This document shows positions 35,680 through 47,110 of a stretch of DNA of 64,000 bases, piece after piece (the stretch's first letter is position 1; each line of letters opens with the position of its first letter). A program made the translations under genes and the position numbers. Source of the stretch: Squalus acanthias (lineage: Eukaryota); assembly GCA_030390025.1 (NCBI GenBank), contig JASTWF010000348.1, positions 310,001-374,000 on the forward strand. The letters run 5' to 3'. The notes below the pieces were generated by a model. That model saw nothing but the letters and a program-made list of their open reading frames with translations. It was not told the origin of the DNA and did not search any database.

Positions 35680-36385
35680 TGATGAGCTTCCGACCACACG
35701 TCCGCAGCAGAACTAAGACCGCCTATTTCCACCTCCGTAACATCGCCCGTCTCCGCCCCTGCCTCAGCTCATCCGCTGCTGAAACCCTCATCCATGCCTC
35801 TGTTACCTCTAACTTGACTATTCCAACGCACTCCTGGCTGGCCTCCCACGTTCCACCCTACCTTAACTTGAGGTCATCCAAAACTCGGCTGCCCGTGTCC
35901 TAACTCACACCAAGTCTCGTTCGCCCATCTCCCCTGTGCTCGCTGACCTACATTGGCTCCCGGTCCAGCAACGCCTCGAATTCAAAATTCTCATCCTTGT
36001 TTTCAAATCCCTCCATGGCCTCGCCCCTCCCTATCTCTGTAATCTCCTTCAGCTCCACATCCCCCCCGAGATATCTGCGCTCCTCCAATTCTGCCCTCCT
36101 GAACATCCCTGATTATAATCGCTCCACCATTGGTGGCCGTGCCTTCAGCTGCCTAGGCCCCAAGCTCTGGAATTCCCTGCCTAAACCTCTCCACCTCTCT
36201 TTCCTCCTTTAAGACGCTCCTTAAAACCTACCTCTTTGACCAAGCTTTTGGTCACCTGCCCCAATTTATCCTTATGTGGCTCGATGTCAAATTTTGTCTC
36301 ATAATCAATCCTGTGAAGCGGCTTGGGACATTTTACCTACGTTAAAGGCGCTATATAAATGCAAATTGTTGTTGTTGTTGTTGTC
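35680..36385 (+). mobile_element. L2 LINE 3' fragment
   Basis: Colinear with 22048-22770; tail ends about 40 nt before an exon acceptor. Confidence 0.9.
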
Positions 36386-36424
36386 ACCCTCGCGGTTAAT
36401 GGCTCACCCTTTCTTTGGTGCCAG

Positions 36425-36549
36425 GAATTAACCATGGGCCTGTCGTTGCCGGGGTGATTGGGGCACGGAAGCCGCAATATGATATTTGGGGCAACAGTGT
36501 TAACGTGGCCAGCAGAATGGACAGCACCGGGGTCCTGGGCAGAATACAG
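36425..36549 (+). CDS. ADCY4: Adenylyl cyclase exon (C2 catalytic signature)
   Basis: CCAG acceptor, GTATGG donor; [42 protein letters not shown] is the class III cyclase signature. Confidence 0.97.
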
Positions 36550-36597
36550 GTATGGAGCAACCAGATACCACCAGAGACACACTCAGTGACCATTCAC

Positions 36598-37035
36598 CGG
36601 CAATGGACCCAACCCCTTCCCATTCACTCCCATTGTACACAATCACAATAGACCCAATCCCTTCCCATTCACTCCCATTGTACACAATCCCAGTGGACCC
36701 AAACCCTTCCCATTCACTCCCATTGTACACAATCCCAGTGGACCCAACCCCTTCTCATACACTCCCATTGTACACAATCCCAATGGACCCAACCCCTTCC
36801 CATTCACTCCCATTGTACACAATCCCAATGGACCCAACCCCTTCCCATTCGCTCCCATTGTACACAATCCCAATGGACCCAACCCCTTCCCATTCAATCC
36901 CACTGTACACAATCCCAATGGACCCAACCCCTTCCCATTCGCTCCCATTGTACACAATCCCAACAGACCCAACCCCTTCCCATTCGCTCCCATTGTACAA
37001 AATCCCAATGGACCCAACCCCTTCCCATTCACTCC
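36598..37035. repeat. 45-bp minisatellite
   Basis: GGACCCAACCCCTTCCCATTCACTCCCATTGTACACAATCCCAAT, about 9-10 units. Confidence 0.96.
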
Positions 37036-37094
37036 TGTTATTTGTTGCTGATTGACTATAACCCAGTGCCCTCAATCCCTCTCTTGCCTGATAC

Positions 37095-37835
37095 GTTAGG
37101 AGGAGGCCATTCAGCCCCTCGAGCCTGCTGCACCATTCCATTTCATCATGGCTGATCTGTATCTGTATCTTAATTCCATTTACGCACCTTGGTTCCGTAT
37201 CCCTTACCCAACAAAATTATATCATGCTCGGTACTGAAAGCTCGAACTGACCCCCAAGCACCAACAGCCTTTTAAACATAGAACATAGAAGCATAGAAGA
37301 TAGGAGCAGGAGTAGGCCATTCAGCCCCTCGAGCCTGCTCCGCCATTAATGAGATCATGGCTGATCATCCAAATTCAGTACCCTGTCCCTGCCTTCTCTC
37401 CCATATCCCTCGATCCCTTTAGCTTTAAGAAATATATCTAACTCCTTCTTGAATATATTTAATGAATTGGCCTCTACTACCTTCTGTGGTAGAGAATTCC
37501 ACAGGTTCACCACTCTCTGGGTGAAGAAATTCCTCCTCATCTCAGTCCTAAATGGCTTACCCCTTATCCTTAGACTGTGACCTCTGGTTCTGGACTCCCC
37601 GACCATCGGGAACATCCTTCCTGCATCTAGTCTGTCTAGTCCTGTTAGAATTTTATAAGTTTCAATGAGATCCCCTCTCATTCTTCGAAACTCTAGCGAG
37701 TATAAGCCCAAACGGCCCAATCTCTCCTCATCCGTCATTCCTGCCATCCCAGGTATCAACCTGGTGAATCTTCGCTGCACTCTCTCCATGGCAAGAACAT
37801 CCTTCCTCAGATAAGGCGACCAAAACTGCACACAC
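37095..37835 (-). mobile_element. CR1 LINE 3' fragment nested in an older CR1 tail
   Basis: CR1 motifs and two 3' UTRs on minus. Confidence 0.88.
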
Positions 37836-37869
37836 TTTTGAGGGAGAGAGTTCCAGATTTCCATGACCC

Positions 37870-38133
37870 TTCTCATCCTTGTTTTCAAATCCCTCCGAGG
37901 CCACGCCCCTCCCTATCTCTGTAACCTCCTCCAGCCCCACAACCCCCCCCCCCCCCGCCGAGATATCTGCGCTCCTCTAATTCTGGCCTCTTGAGCATCC
38001 CTGATTATAATCGCTCAACCATTGGTGGCCGTGTCTTCAGCTGCCGAGGTCCTAAGCTCTGGAATTCCCTCCCTAAACCTCTCTCTCCTCCTTTAAGACG
38101 CTCCTTAAAACCAACCTCCTTGACCAAGCTTTC
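37870..38133 (+). mobile_element. L2 LINE fragment
   Basis: Matches 22360-22637. Confidence 0.85.
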
Positions 38134-38145
38134 GTTAGAGTCCTA

Positions 38146-39636
38146 GGGGGAAAAATTCAGCTGCTTGCGCCTCCCGTTAGCGCCTTAAGAGGGCGCTAAT
38201 GGGGCGTAAAGCAGCTAACGCCCGGGCGCAGTGCCGCCCACGCCTCCCGTAAAATTCAGCGGGAGGTTAGCGGCGGCGCCAGCCGGTAGCGCCCTGTGGC
38301 GCTGCGCCGCCGGCGATGACGTCATCGCTGTGCGCAGCACCCCGCTCGCGCTCCAGCCGCGATCTTCAGTCGCGCCCCCTGATTTACCACCAGACGCTAT
38401 GTCCGACGGGTTCAGGGAGGCGTACGTGCGGCCGGGGCGGCGATATTTAAAGGGGAGGTGGCAGGCCGCCATTTTTGTTGCTGGCCGCCTGCCAGCACCT
38501 GCCCCCGTTGCTGTCCCCGGCCCCCGTGAAGCCCCCCCACCGTGAAGTGCCGGCTGCGCTCCAAGAGCCCGACACTTCTCTTGAGTGCCGGGCTCTTTTG
38601 CCGGCACTCCCGATCCCTGGGGGCCCAGCTGGGCCCCGGTTCGCGCTGCGCAGGGTCCCTCCCCTTTAAGAAGGGGAGGAAGGCCTGCAATACCGCGGCG
38701 CGACGTGCCCGCTGCGGCACGTAGCGCCAGGATATTCCCTCGCAGCGCCCCAAGAGGGATGCGGGGTGCTTCCAGTGGCGCCCCGCTTCCCTCTTGGGGC
38801 GCAACCACTGAAGTTCCGGCGCGGGGCCGCTAATTTTTTCGGGGCGCTAAAAGTCGCGCCCCGGCGAGGTTAGCGCCCCAAATGGGGCGCGACTCAATTT
38901 TTACCCCCTAGAGTCCTAGGGGGAAAAATTCAGCTGCTTGCACCTCCCGTTAGCGCCTTAAGAGGGCGCTAATGGGGCGTAAAGCAGCTAACGCCCGGGC
39001 GCAGCGCCGCCCACGCCTCCCGAAAAATTCAGCGGGAGGTTAGCGGCGGCGCCAGCCGGTAGCGCCCTGTGGCGCTGCGCCGCCGGCGATGACGTCATCG
39101 CCGTGCGCAGCACCCCGCTCGCGCTCCAGCCACGATCTTCAGTCGCACCCCCTGATTTACCGCCAGACGCTATGTCCGACGGGTTCAGGGAGGCGTACGT
39201 GCGGCCGGGGCGGCGATATTTAAAGGGGAGGTGGTAGGCGACCATTTTTGTTGCTGGCCGCCTGCCAGCACCTGCCCCCGGCCCCCGTGAAGCTCCCCAC
39301 CGTGAAGTGCCGGCTGCGCTCCAAGAGCCCGGCACTTCTCTTGAGTGCCGGGCTCTTTTGCCGGCACTCCCGATCCCTGGGGGCCCAGCTGGGCCCCGGT
39401 TCGCGCTGCGCAGGGTCCCTCCCCTTTAAGAAGGGGAGGAAGGCCTGCAGTAGCGCCAGGATATTCACTCGCAGCGCCCCAAGAGGGATGCGCGGTGCTT
39501 CCAGTGGCGCCCCGCTTCCCTCTTGGGGCGCAACCACTGAAGTTCCGGCGCGGGGCCGCTAATTTTTTCGGGGCGCTAAAAGTCGCGCCCCGGCGAGGTT
39601 AGCGCCCCAAATGGGGCGCGACTCAATTTTTACCCC
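38146..39636. mobile_element. Two tandem GC-rich Harbinger-type MITEs (38146-38907, 38919-39636)
   Basis: Each has GGGGGAAAAATT / AATTTTTACCCC ends flanked by CTA; separated by GAGTC. Confidence 0.85.
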
Positions 39637-39637
39637 C

Positions 39638-40830
39638 TAGAGTTATACAGCACAGAAAGAGGCCCTTCGGCCCATCGTGTCCGCGCCGGCCATCAAGCCC
39701 TGTCTATTCTAATCCCATTTCCCAGCACTTGGTCCGTAGCCTTGTATGCTATGGCGTTTCAAGAACTCATCTAAATGCTTCTTGAATGTTGTGAGGGTTC
39801 CTGCCTCTACCGCCCTTTCAGGCAGTGAGTTCCAGATTCCAACCACCCTCTGGGTGAAAAAGTTTTTCCTCAAATACCCTCTAAACCTCCTGCCCCTTAC
39901 CTTGAAACTATGCCCCCCTGGTTATTGACCCCTCTACTAAGGGGAAAAGTTCCTTTCTATCTACCCTATCTATGCCCCTCATAATTTTGTACACCTCAAT
40001 CAGGTCCCCCCCCGCTCAGCCTTCTCTGCTCTAAGGAAAACAACCCCAGCCTGTCCAGTCTCTCTTCATAGCTGAAGCGCTCCAGCCCAGGTAACATCCT
40101 GGTGAATCTCCTCTGCACCCTCTCCAATGCAATCACATCCTTCTTATAGTGTGGCGACCAGAACTGCACACAGTATTCCAGCTGTGGCCTAACTAGCGTT
40201 TTGTACAGCTCCATCATAACCTCCCTGCTCTTAGATTCTATGCCTCGGCTAATGAAGGCAACATAACATGAGAACATAAGAAGTAGGAGCAGGAGTAGGC
40301 CATACGACCCTTCGGGCCTGCTCCGCCATTCAATAGGATCATGGCTGATCCGAACCTAGACTCACGTCCACTTCCCTGCCCGCTCCCCATAACCCTTCAT
40401 TCCCTTATCAGCTAGGAAACTGTCTATCTCCGTTTTAAATTGATTTAATGTCGCAGCTTCCACAGCTCTCTGAGGCAGCAAATTCCATAGATTTACTGCC
40501 CTCTGAGTGAAGAAGTTTCTCCTCATCTCAGTTTTGAAACGGCAGCCCCTTATTCGAAGATTATGCCCCCTAGTTCTAGTCTCACCCATCAGTGGAAACA
40601 TCCTCCCCGCCTCCACCCGATCAAGCCCCCTCACAATCTTACATGTTTCGATAAGATCGCCTCTCATTCTTCCGTATTCCAATGAGTAGAGGCCCAACCT
40701 GCTCAACCTTTCCTCATAAGTCAACCCCCTCATCTGCGGAATCAACCGAGTGAACCGTCTGCCTTCTTAACCGCCTTATCTACCTGTCCTGCTGCCTTCA
40801 GGGATCTGTGGACCTGCAGGCCAAGGTCCC
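39638..40830 (-). mobile_element. Two nested CR1 LINE fragments
   Basis: ORFs 39996..40277 and 40362..40745; the outer copy resumes near 40760. Confidence 0.88.
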
Positions 40831-40879
40831 AATGTTGTTGTGCACTCGCTCTAGCCGAGGCTCTGTTCTCTCTTTGTAG

Positions 40880-41032
40880 GTGACGGCAGAGACCAGCGAG
40901 ATTCTGCGCAGGCTGGGCTACACCTGCCATCACCGTGGCGTGATCCAAGTGAAGGGCAAGGGAGAGCTGAGCACCTACTTTGTCTCCAACGACCTGGCGC
41001 GTTCCAGCTCCCAGGGGAACATGTTGAGCTGA
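40880..41032 (+). CDS. ADCY4: Adenylyl cyclase terminal coding exon
   Basis: TAG acceptor; VTAETSEILRRLGYTCHHRGVIQVKGKGELSTYFVSNDLARSSSQGNMLS, then TGA at 41030-41032. Not in the ORF track. Confidence 0.96.
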   Translation: MTAETSEILRRLGYTCHHRGVIQVKGKGELSTYFVSNDLARSSSQGNMLS

Positions 41033-42127
41033 CGACATGCGGATACCGCCCCCGCCCCGACCGGGCCTGGTCCCGAGGTCGAAGGACCAAAACACCGCCC
41101 CACCACCCCCCCCACCGTGGCCGGAAGGGTTCGGAGAAGGAGGAGGACATTCTACCTCCGGGACTCCACTTTGCCGACGTCCTATCCGACCGGCGGGACA
41201 ATCCACAGCACGCGGAAAGGATCCGACTTCAGCGAAGAGACTGCCGGGTGGTCGTCGTCTCCTTCTGCACACAGTTTACAGCAAGGCGCCTCGAGAAGTG
41301 TTCTTTTTTTTTTAGTCACTGACTGTCCTCCCTGTGTTTACTGAACCTTGTGTATTTAACGTGCGATATCGATCCCTGATCCTCAGGCCTCTGCCCGCTC
41401 AATTAGCAATTGGGACAGTGTAGAGGGAGCTTTACTCTGTATCTAACCCGTGCTGTACCTGCCCTGGGAGTGTTTGATGGGGCAGTGTAGAGGGAGCTTT
41501 ACTCTGTATCTAACCCGTGCTGTACCTGCCCTGGGAGTGTTTGATGGGACAGTGTAGAGGGAGCTTTACTCTGTATCTAACCCATGCTGTACCTGCCCTG
41601 GGAGTGTTTGATGGGACAGTGTAGAGGGAGCTTTACTCTGTATCTAACCCGTGCTGTACCTGCCCTGGGAGTGTTTGATGGGACTGTGCAGAGGGAGCTT
41701 TACTCTGTATCTAACCCGTGCTGTACCTGCCCTGGGAGTGTTTGATGGGACAGTGTAGAGGAAGCTTTACTCTGTATCTAACCCGCGCTGTACCTGCCCT
41801 GGGAGTGTTTGATGGGACAGTGTAGAGGGAGCTTTACTGTGTATCTAACCCGTGCTGTACCTGCCCTGGGAGTGTTTGATGGGACAGTGTAGAGGGAGCT
41901 TTACTCTGTATCTAACCTGTGCTGTACCTGCCCTGGGAGTGTTTGATGGGACAGTGTAGAGGGAGCTTTACTCTGTATCTAACCCGTGCTGTACCTGCCC
42001 TGGGAGTGTTTGATGGGATAGTGTAGAGGGAGCTTTACTCTGTATCTAACCTGTGCTGTACCTGCCCTGGGAGTGTTTGATGGGACAGTGTAGAGGGAGC
42101 TTTACTATTTATGGGAGTGTTTGATGG

Positions 42128-42348
42128 TCATGATGCGGAGATGCCGGTGTTGGACTGGGGTGGACAAAATTGAGAGGTCGCACAACACCAGGTTATAGTC
42201 CAACAGTTTTATTTGCAATCACAAGCTTTCGGAGCTATCGATTGCTCCTTCCTCTGACTTCACCTGAGGAAGGAGCAATCGATAGCTCCGAAAGCTTGTG
42301 ATTTCAAATAAAACTGTTGGACTATAACCTGGTGTTGTGCGACCTCTC
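42128..42348. mobile_element. Fold-back Penelope-type element (short copy)
   Basis: 12-bp TSD AGTGTTTGATGG (42116-42127, 42349-42360); about 85-bp inverted arms; same tail as 24532. Confidence 0.8.
42260..42301 (+). ncRNA. Minimal type I hammerhead ribozyme core
   Basis: UCAC-CUGAGGA-A-GGAGC-aaucgaua-GCUCC-GAAA-GCUU-GUGA. Confidence 0.68.
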
Positions 42349-43090
42349 AGTGTTTGATGGGACAGTGTAGAGGGAGATTTACTCTGTATCTAACCCGTGC
42401 TGTACCTGCCCTGGGAGTGTTTGATGGGACAGTGTAGAGGGAGCTTTACTCTGTATCCAACCCGTGCTGTACCTGCCCTGGGTGTGTTTGATGGGACAGT
42501 GCAGAGGGAGATTTACTCTGTATCTAACCCGTGCTGTACCTGCCCTGGGAGTGTTTGATGGGACAGTGTAGAGGGAGCTTTACTCTGTATCTAACCCGTG
42601 CTGTACCTGCCCTGGGAGTGTTTGATGGGACACTGTAGAGTGAACTTTACTCTGTATCTAACCCGTGCTGTATCTGCCCTGGGAGTGTTTGATGGGACAG
42701 TGTAGAGGGAGCTTTACTCTGTATCTAACCCGTGCTGTACCTGCCCTGGGAGTGTTTGCTGGGACAGTGTAGAGGGAGCTTTACTCTGTATCTAACCCGT
42801 GCTGTACCTGCCCTGGGAGTGTTTGATGGGACAGTGTAGAGGGAGCTTTACTCTGTATCTAACCCGTGCTGTACCTGCCCTGGGAGTCTTTGATGGGAGC
42901 GTTAAAAATGAAGAATTTCCAATTTAATTCTGACTGACATTATGATCATGTGCCCTCTCTGAGCACGTTGTAGGTCACAGTTTCGCTTAGTTTTCCCACC
43001 ACCTCTGCTGAAACGAGGCATTGCAGGCTGCCTCCCGTGCTCTAAGCCAGACTACTGATAGTTTTAGATTGCCATTGTGTATTACGGTTG

Positions 43091-43096
43091 AATAAA
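43091..43096 (+). terminator. Candidate polyadenylation signal of the adenylyl cyclase gene
   Basis: AATAAA in non-repeat sequence followed by a T/GT-rich tract; first such site I found after the stop codon outside a mobile element. Confidence 0.45.
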
Positions 43097-43234
43097 AGAA
43101 TTCCGTTTTGTTGACTCCCAGTTCCTGGTTTGTCCTCAGCTACCCTACCCAACCCTGTAGGCTCTGGGCGGGCTCGGGTACCACGGTAGGGATCTCCCTG
43201 CGATCTCTTACTCAAGGTGATATTCAGAGTCATA

Positions 43235-44078
43235 GGGCAGACTTTTCATTGAGCCGTGGAGGTGGGTTTGGAGACGGGACTGGACTGAAAATAGCTGAAT
43301 CGGGGGTCCCGACCCCATCCTGCCCCCAACCCGCCTCCATGCCAGTTTCGCTGGAGGCGGGTACCCGACCTGTGCTGGGACCCGCCTCCCCGAGGCGGGA
43401 AGGGGATCAGTGGCAATAAACTGCCTGTTAACAGGTAGTTAACAGGCAGTTTGTTGCCTAATCCCTATTTTTAGCCCTGAAATGTGGGCTTCCCGACAGG
43501 CACCAACCACGCCGTTTCAGCGAGGCGGGCCGTGGGTCTGCAGGGGTTGGAGGGGTCGATATGTCCGGTGGGCAGGTGAGTGATGGGTGCATGTGTGCAG
43601 AGGTAAGTGTGTAAGGTAAGTGCAAAGTGTGGGAAAAAGTTTTACTTACCTTAACTTCCTCCTGCAGGTGTCAGCCCTTCAGGTCTCGGGAGTCAGAAAT
43701 CTCACCGGCACAGAAAGCAGAATGGCCGTTGAGCTGTCAAAAGCTGCAGCCTCTGCTTTTTGTTCGGCAGAGATCTCTAAATCAGCCTGAGAGGAAGGAA
43801 TTAACTTAGAGGACAGATTGTCAGTGTTTGACAGCTTCACAGAGCTGCCAAACACTGATATTTCATCTGTCAAAAGCTCTTGACAGATGAAATGTCAATC
43901 TGTGACGTCACCTGTTGCCGGGTGGCCCTTAATTGGCCTGCTGAGCCCGCTGGGCGGGCTCAACAAGGTCAATCAAGGGAAAATCGAATGGGTTGGCTAC
44001 AACTCGATGGAGGCGGGACTACAACCCAAAAAGTGGGAGTCCCGCCTCCATCCCGTCCCCATTGACAAAATCCAGCCC
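43235..44078. mobile_element. Harbinger-type MITE
   Basis: Ends GGGCAGACTTTT / AAAATCCAGCCC; TSD ATA; sits in a CR1 tail repeat. Confidence 0.8.
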
Positions 44079-44898
44079 ATAGAGTCATAGAGTTATACAG
44101 CACAGAAAGAGGCCATTCGGCCCATCGTGTCCGCGCTGGCCATCAAGCCCTGTCTATTCTAATCCCATTTTCCAGCACTTGGTCTGTAGCCTTGTATGCT
44201 ATGGCGTTTCAAGTGCTCATCTAAATGCTTTTTGAATGTTGTGAGGGTTCCTGCCTCTACCACCCTTTCAGGCAGTGAGTTCCAGATTCCAACCACCCTC
44301 TGGGTGAAAAAGTTTTTCCTCAAATCCCCTCTAAACCTCCTGCCCCTTACCTTCAAACTATGCCCCCTGGTTATTAACCCCTCTACTAAGGGGAAAAGTT
44401 CCTTTCTATCTACCCTATCTATGCCCCTCATAATTTTGTACACCTCAATCAGGTCCCCCCTCAGCCTTCTCTGCTCTAAGGAAAACAACCCCAGCCTGTC
44501 CAGCCTCTCTTCATAGCTGAAGTGCTCCAGCCCAGGTAACATCCAGGTGAATCTCCTCTGCACCCTCTCCAATGCAATCACATCCTTCCTATAGTGTGGC
44601 GACCAGAACCGCACACAGTATTCCAGCTGTGGCCTAACTAGCGTTTTGTACAGCTCCATCATAACCTCCCTGCTCTTATATTCTATGCCTCGGCTAATGA
44701 AGGCAAGTATCCCATATGCCTTTTTAACCACCTTATCTACCTGTCCTGCTGCCTTCAAGGATCTATGTACATGCACACCAAGGTCCCTCTGATTCTCTGT
44801 CCTTCCTCGGGTCCTACCATTCATTGTGTATTCCCTTGCCTTGTTAGTCCTCCCAAAATGCATCACCTCACACTTTTCAGGGTTAAATTCCATTTGCA
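44079..44898 (-). mobile_element. CR1 LINE 5'-truncated copy
   Basis: 246-aa ORF with CR1 motifs. Confidence 0.93.
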
Positions 44899-45107
44899 TT
44901 TCGATCGGGTGAGACGAACTATAAAATTCTTCAAGGGCTTGTCAGGCTAGATGCTGAGAGCCTGTTTTGCCTGGTTGGAGAGTCTGGTGCCAGAGGGGTC
45001 ATAGTCTCAGGATAAGGAGTCCGAGATGAGGAGAAATTTCTTCCTTCAGAGGGTTGGTGAATCTTCAGAATTCTCTACCCCAGAGGGCTGTGGAGGCTCA
45101 CTCGTGG

Positions 45108-45577
45108 TGTCAGCCAGTGGCTCAGTGGGTAGCACTCCTCGCCTCTGACTCAGAAGGTTGTGGGTTCAAGCCCCACCCCAGAGACTCGAGCACAAGAATC
45201 TAGGCTGACACTCCAGCGCAGTGCTGAGGGAGCGCTACACTGTCAGAAGTGCCGTCTTTCGGATGAGATGTTAAACTGAGGTCCCGTCTGCATTCTCAGG
45301 TGGATGTAAAAGATTCCATGGCACTATTTCGAAGAAGAGCAGGGGAGTTATCCTCGTGGTCCTGGGGCCAATTTATATCCCTTAACCAACATCACTAAAA
45401 CAGATTATCTGGTCATTATCACATTGCTGTTTGTGGGAGCTTGCTGTGCGTAAATTGGCAGCCGCGGTTCCCACATTACAACAGTGACTACACTTCAAAA
45501 AGTACTTCATTGGCTGTAAAGCGCTTTGGGACATCCTGAGGTTGTGATAGGCGCTATATAAATGCAAGTCTTTCTTA
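45108..45577 (+). mobile_element. Deu-domain SINE inserted in a CR1 3' fragment (44915-45730)
   Basis: Full head, core and tail; CR1 sequence on both sides. Confidence 0.88.
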
Positions 45578-46359
45578 TATTCAAGATCAATAGATTCTTG
45601 GGCACCAAGGGATATGGGGATCGGGCGGGAAAGTGGAGTTGAGGTCGAAGATCAGCCATGATCTTATTGAATGGCGGAGCAGGCTCGAGGGGGCGTATGG
45701 CCTACTCCTGCTCCTATTTCTTATGTTCTTCAGTGGCGTTGAGAGGAGGCTCGGGTGGAGAATAAACACCGAGACAGACCATTTGGGCCGAAGGGCCTCT
45801 TTCTGTGCTGTCAGATTCGATGTCAATTCTTCAGGAGTGTCGCCGAGATATTCGACCTTGGGAGGGGGTCATCGCCCCCTGATCCCGCCCTCTCCCAATT
45901 CCACCCCGCCCCCGACACACTAATCGGGGGTGGGGGGAGTCACTGGATGGTGATCAGGAGCAGGCACCCTGGCTGAAATCTTTCTGCTCCTCAGTAAGCC
46001 AGGGGAGGCTGAGGAGCAGGGTTGTCGCCCCCCGCCCCCCCCCCACCAGCCCGCCTACCACGCCCTCCCCCCAACTTCGGCTGGGATCAGACCAGGATGA
46101 CAAATTGGGCCCTTCCTGCTCTGTGTGGGGCTCAGTACCAATTGGAGGCCCCCTACCACCCTCCCCCAGGCTGGGATCAGCTCATTCAGCACAGACCGGG
46201 GTGGGGGTGGAACCTGGGCTCTCTCTGCTCTGTGTGTGGGGCTCAGTACTGTACAAGGGACAGAGAGGGCCGACAAAAATGATCCCAATTTTAACGGATT
46301 AGTAATGAGGAAAGATTGGGGAACAAGGTTCCAGATAGTGAAAGGTCAGTGTCTCACCC

Positions 46360-47110
46360 ACATAGAGTCATCGAGTTACACAGCACAGAAAGAGGCCCTT
46401 CGGCCCATCGTGTCCGCGCCGCCCATCAAGCCCTGTCTATTCTAATCCCATTTTCCAGCACTTGGTCCGTAGCCTTGTATGCTATGGCGTTTCAAGTGCT
46501 CATCTAAATGCTTCTTGAATGTTGTGAGGGTTCCTGCCTCTACCACCCTTTCAGGCAGTGAGTTCCAGATTCCAACCACCCTCTGGGTGAAAAAGTTTTT
46601 CCTCAAATCCCCTCTAAACCTCCTGCCCCTTACCTTGAAACTATGCCCCCTGGTTATTGACCCCTCTACTAAGGGGAAAAGTTCCTTTCTATCTACCCTA
46701 TCTATGCCCCTCATAATTTTGTACACCTCAATCAGGTCCCCCCATCAGCCTTCTCTGCTCTGAGGAAAACAAGCCCAGCCTGTCCAGTCTCTCTTCATAG
46801 CTGAAGCGCTCCAGCCCAGGTAACATCCTGGTGAATCTCCTCTGCACCCTCTCCAATGCAATCACATCCTTCCTATAGTGTGGCGACCAGAACTGCACAC
46901 ACTATTCCAGCTGTGGCCTAACTAGCGTTTTGTACAGCTCCATCACAACCTCCCTGCTCTTATATTCTATGTCTCGGCGAATGAAGGCAAGTATCCCGTA
47001 TGCCTTTTTAATCACCTTATCTACCTGTCCTGCTGCCTTCATGGATCTGTGTACATGCACACCAAGGTCCCTCTGATCCTCTGTCCTGCCTAGGGTCCTA
47101 CCATTCATTG
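46360..47110 (-). mobile_element. CR1 LINE fragment
   Basis: Closely similar to 44079-44825. Confidence 0.92.

Larger units (their letters stand above)
494..41032 (+). other. ADCY4: Adenylyl cyclase gene, 3' portion (10 coding exons; 5' exons lie upstream of the window)
   Basis: Ten AG/GT-bounded exons sum to 1338 nt (445 codons plus stop). Peptides RPGVLKDPKLMGSISFFIFFFTLLVLARQ, QFIGQN and KGPxxLxW resemble recalled ADCY4 more than ADCY2 or ADCY7. Confidence 0.85.
41412..42898 (+). repeat. 67-bp satellite array downstream of the stop codon
   Basis: GGGACAGTGTAGAGGGAGCTTTACTCTGTATCTAACCCGTGCTGTACCTGCCCTGGGAGTGTTTGAT; period 67. Confidence 0.97.

Noticed and set aside
36480..36520. DIWGNSVN instead of the usual DIWGNTVN
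   Set aside because: Conservative change; the catalytic Asn and Arg are retained.
41412..42898. Regular arrays as possible CRISPR (also 51153-54312 and 58092-64000)
   Set aside because: No unique spacers, no cas genes, eukaryotic context; plain satellites.
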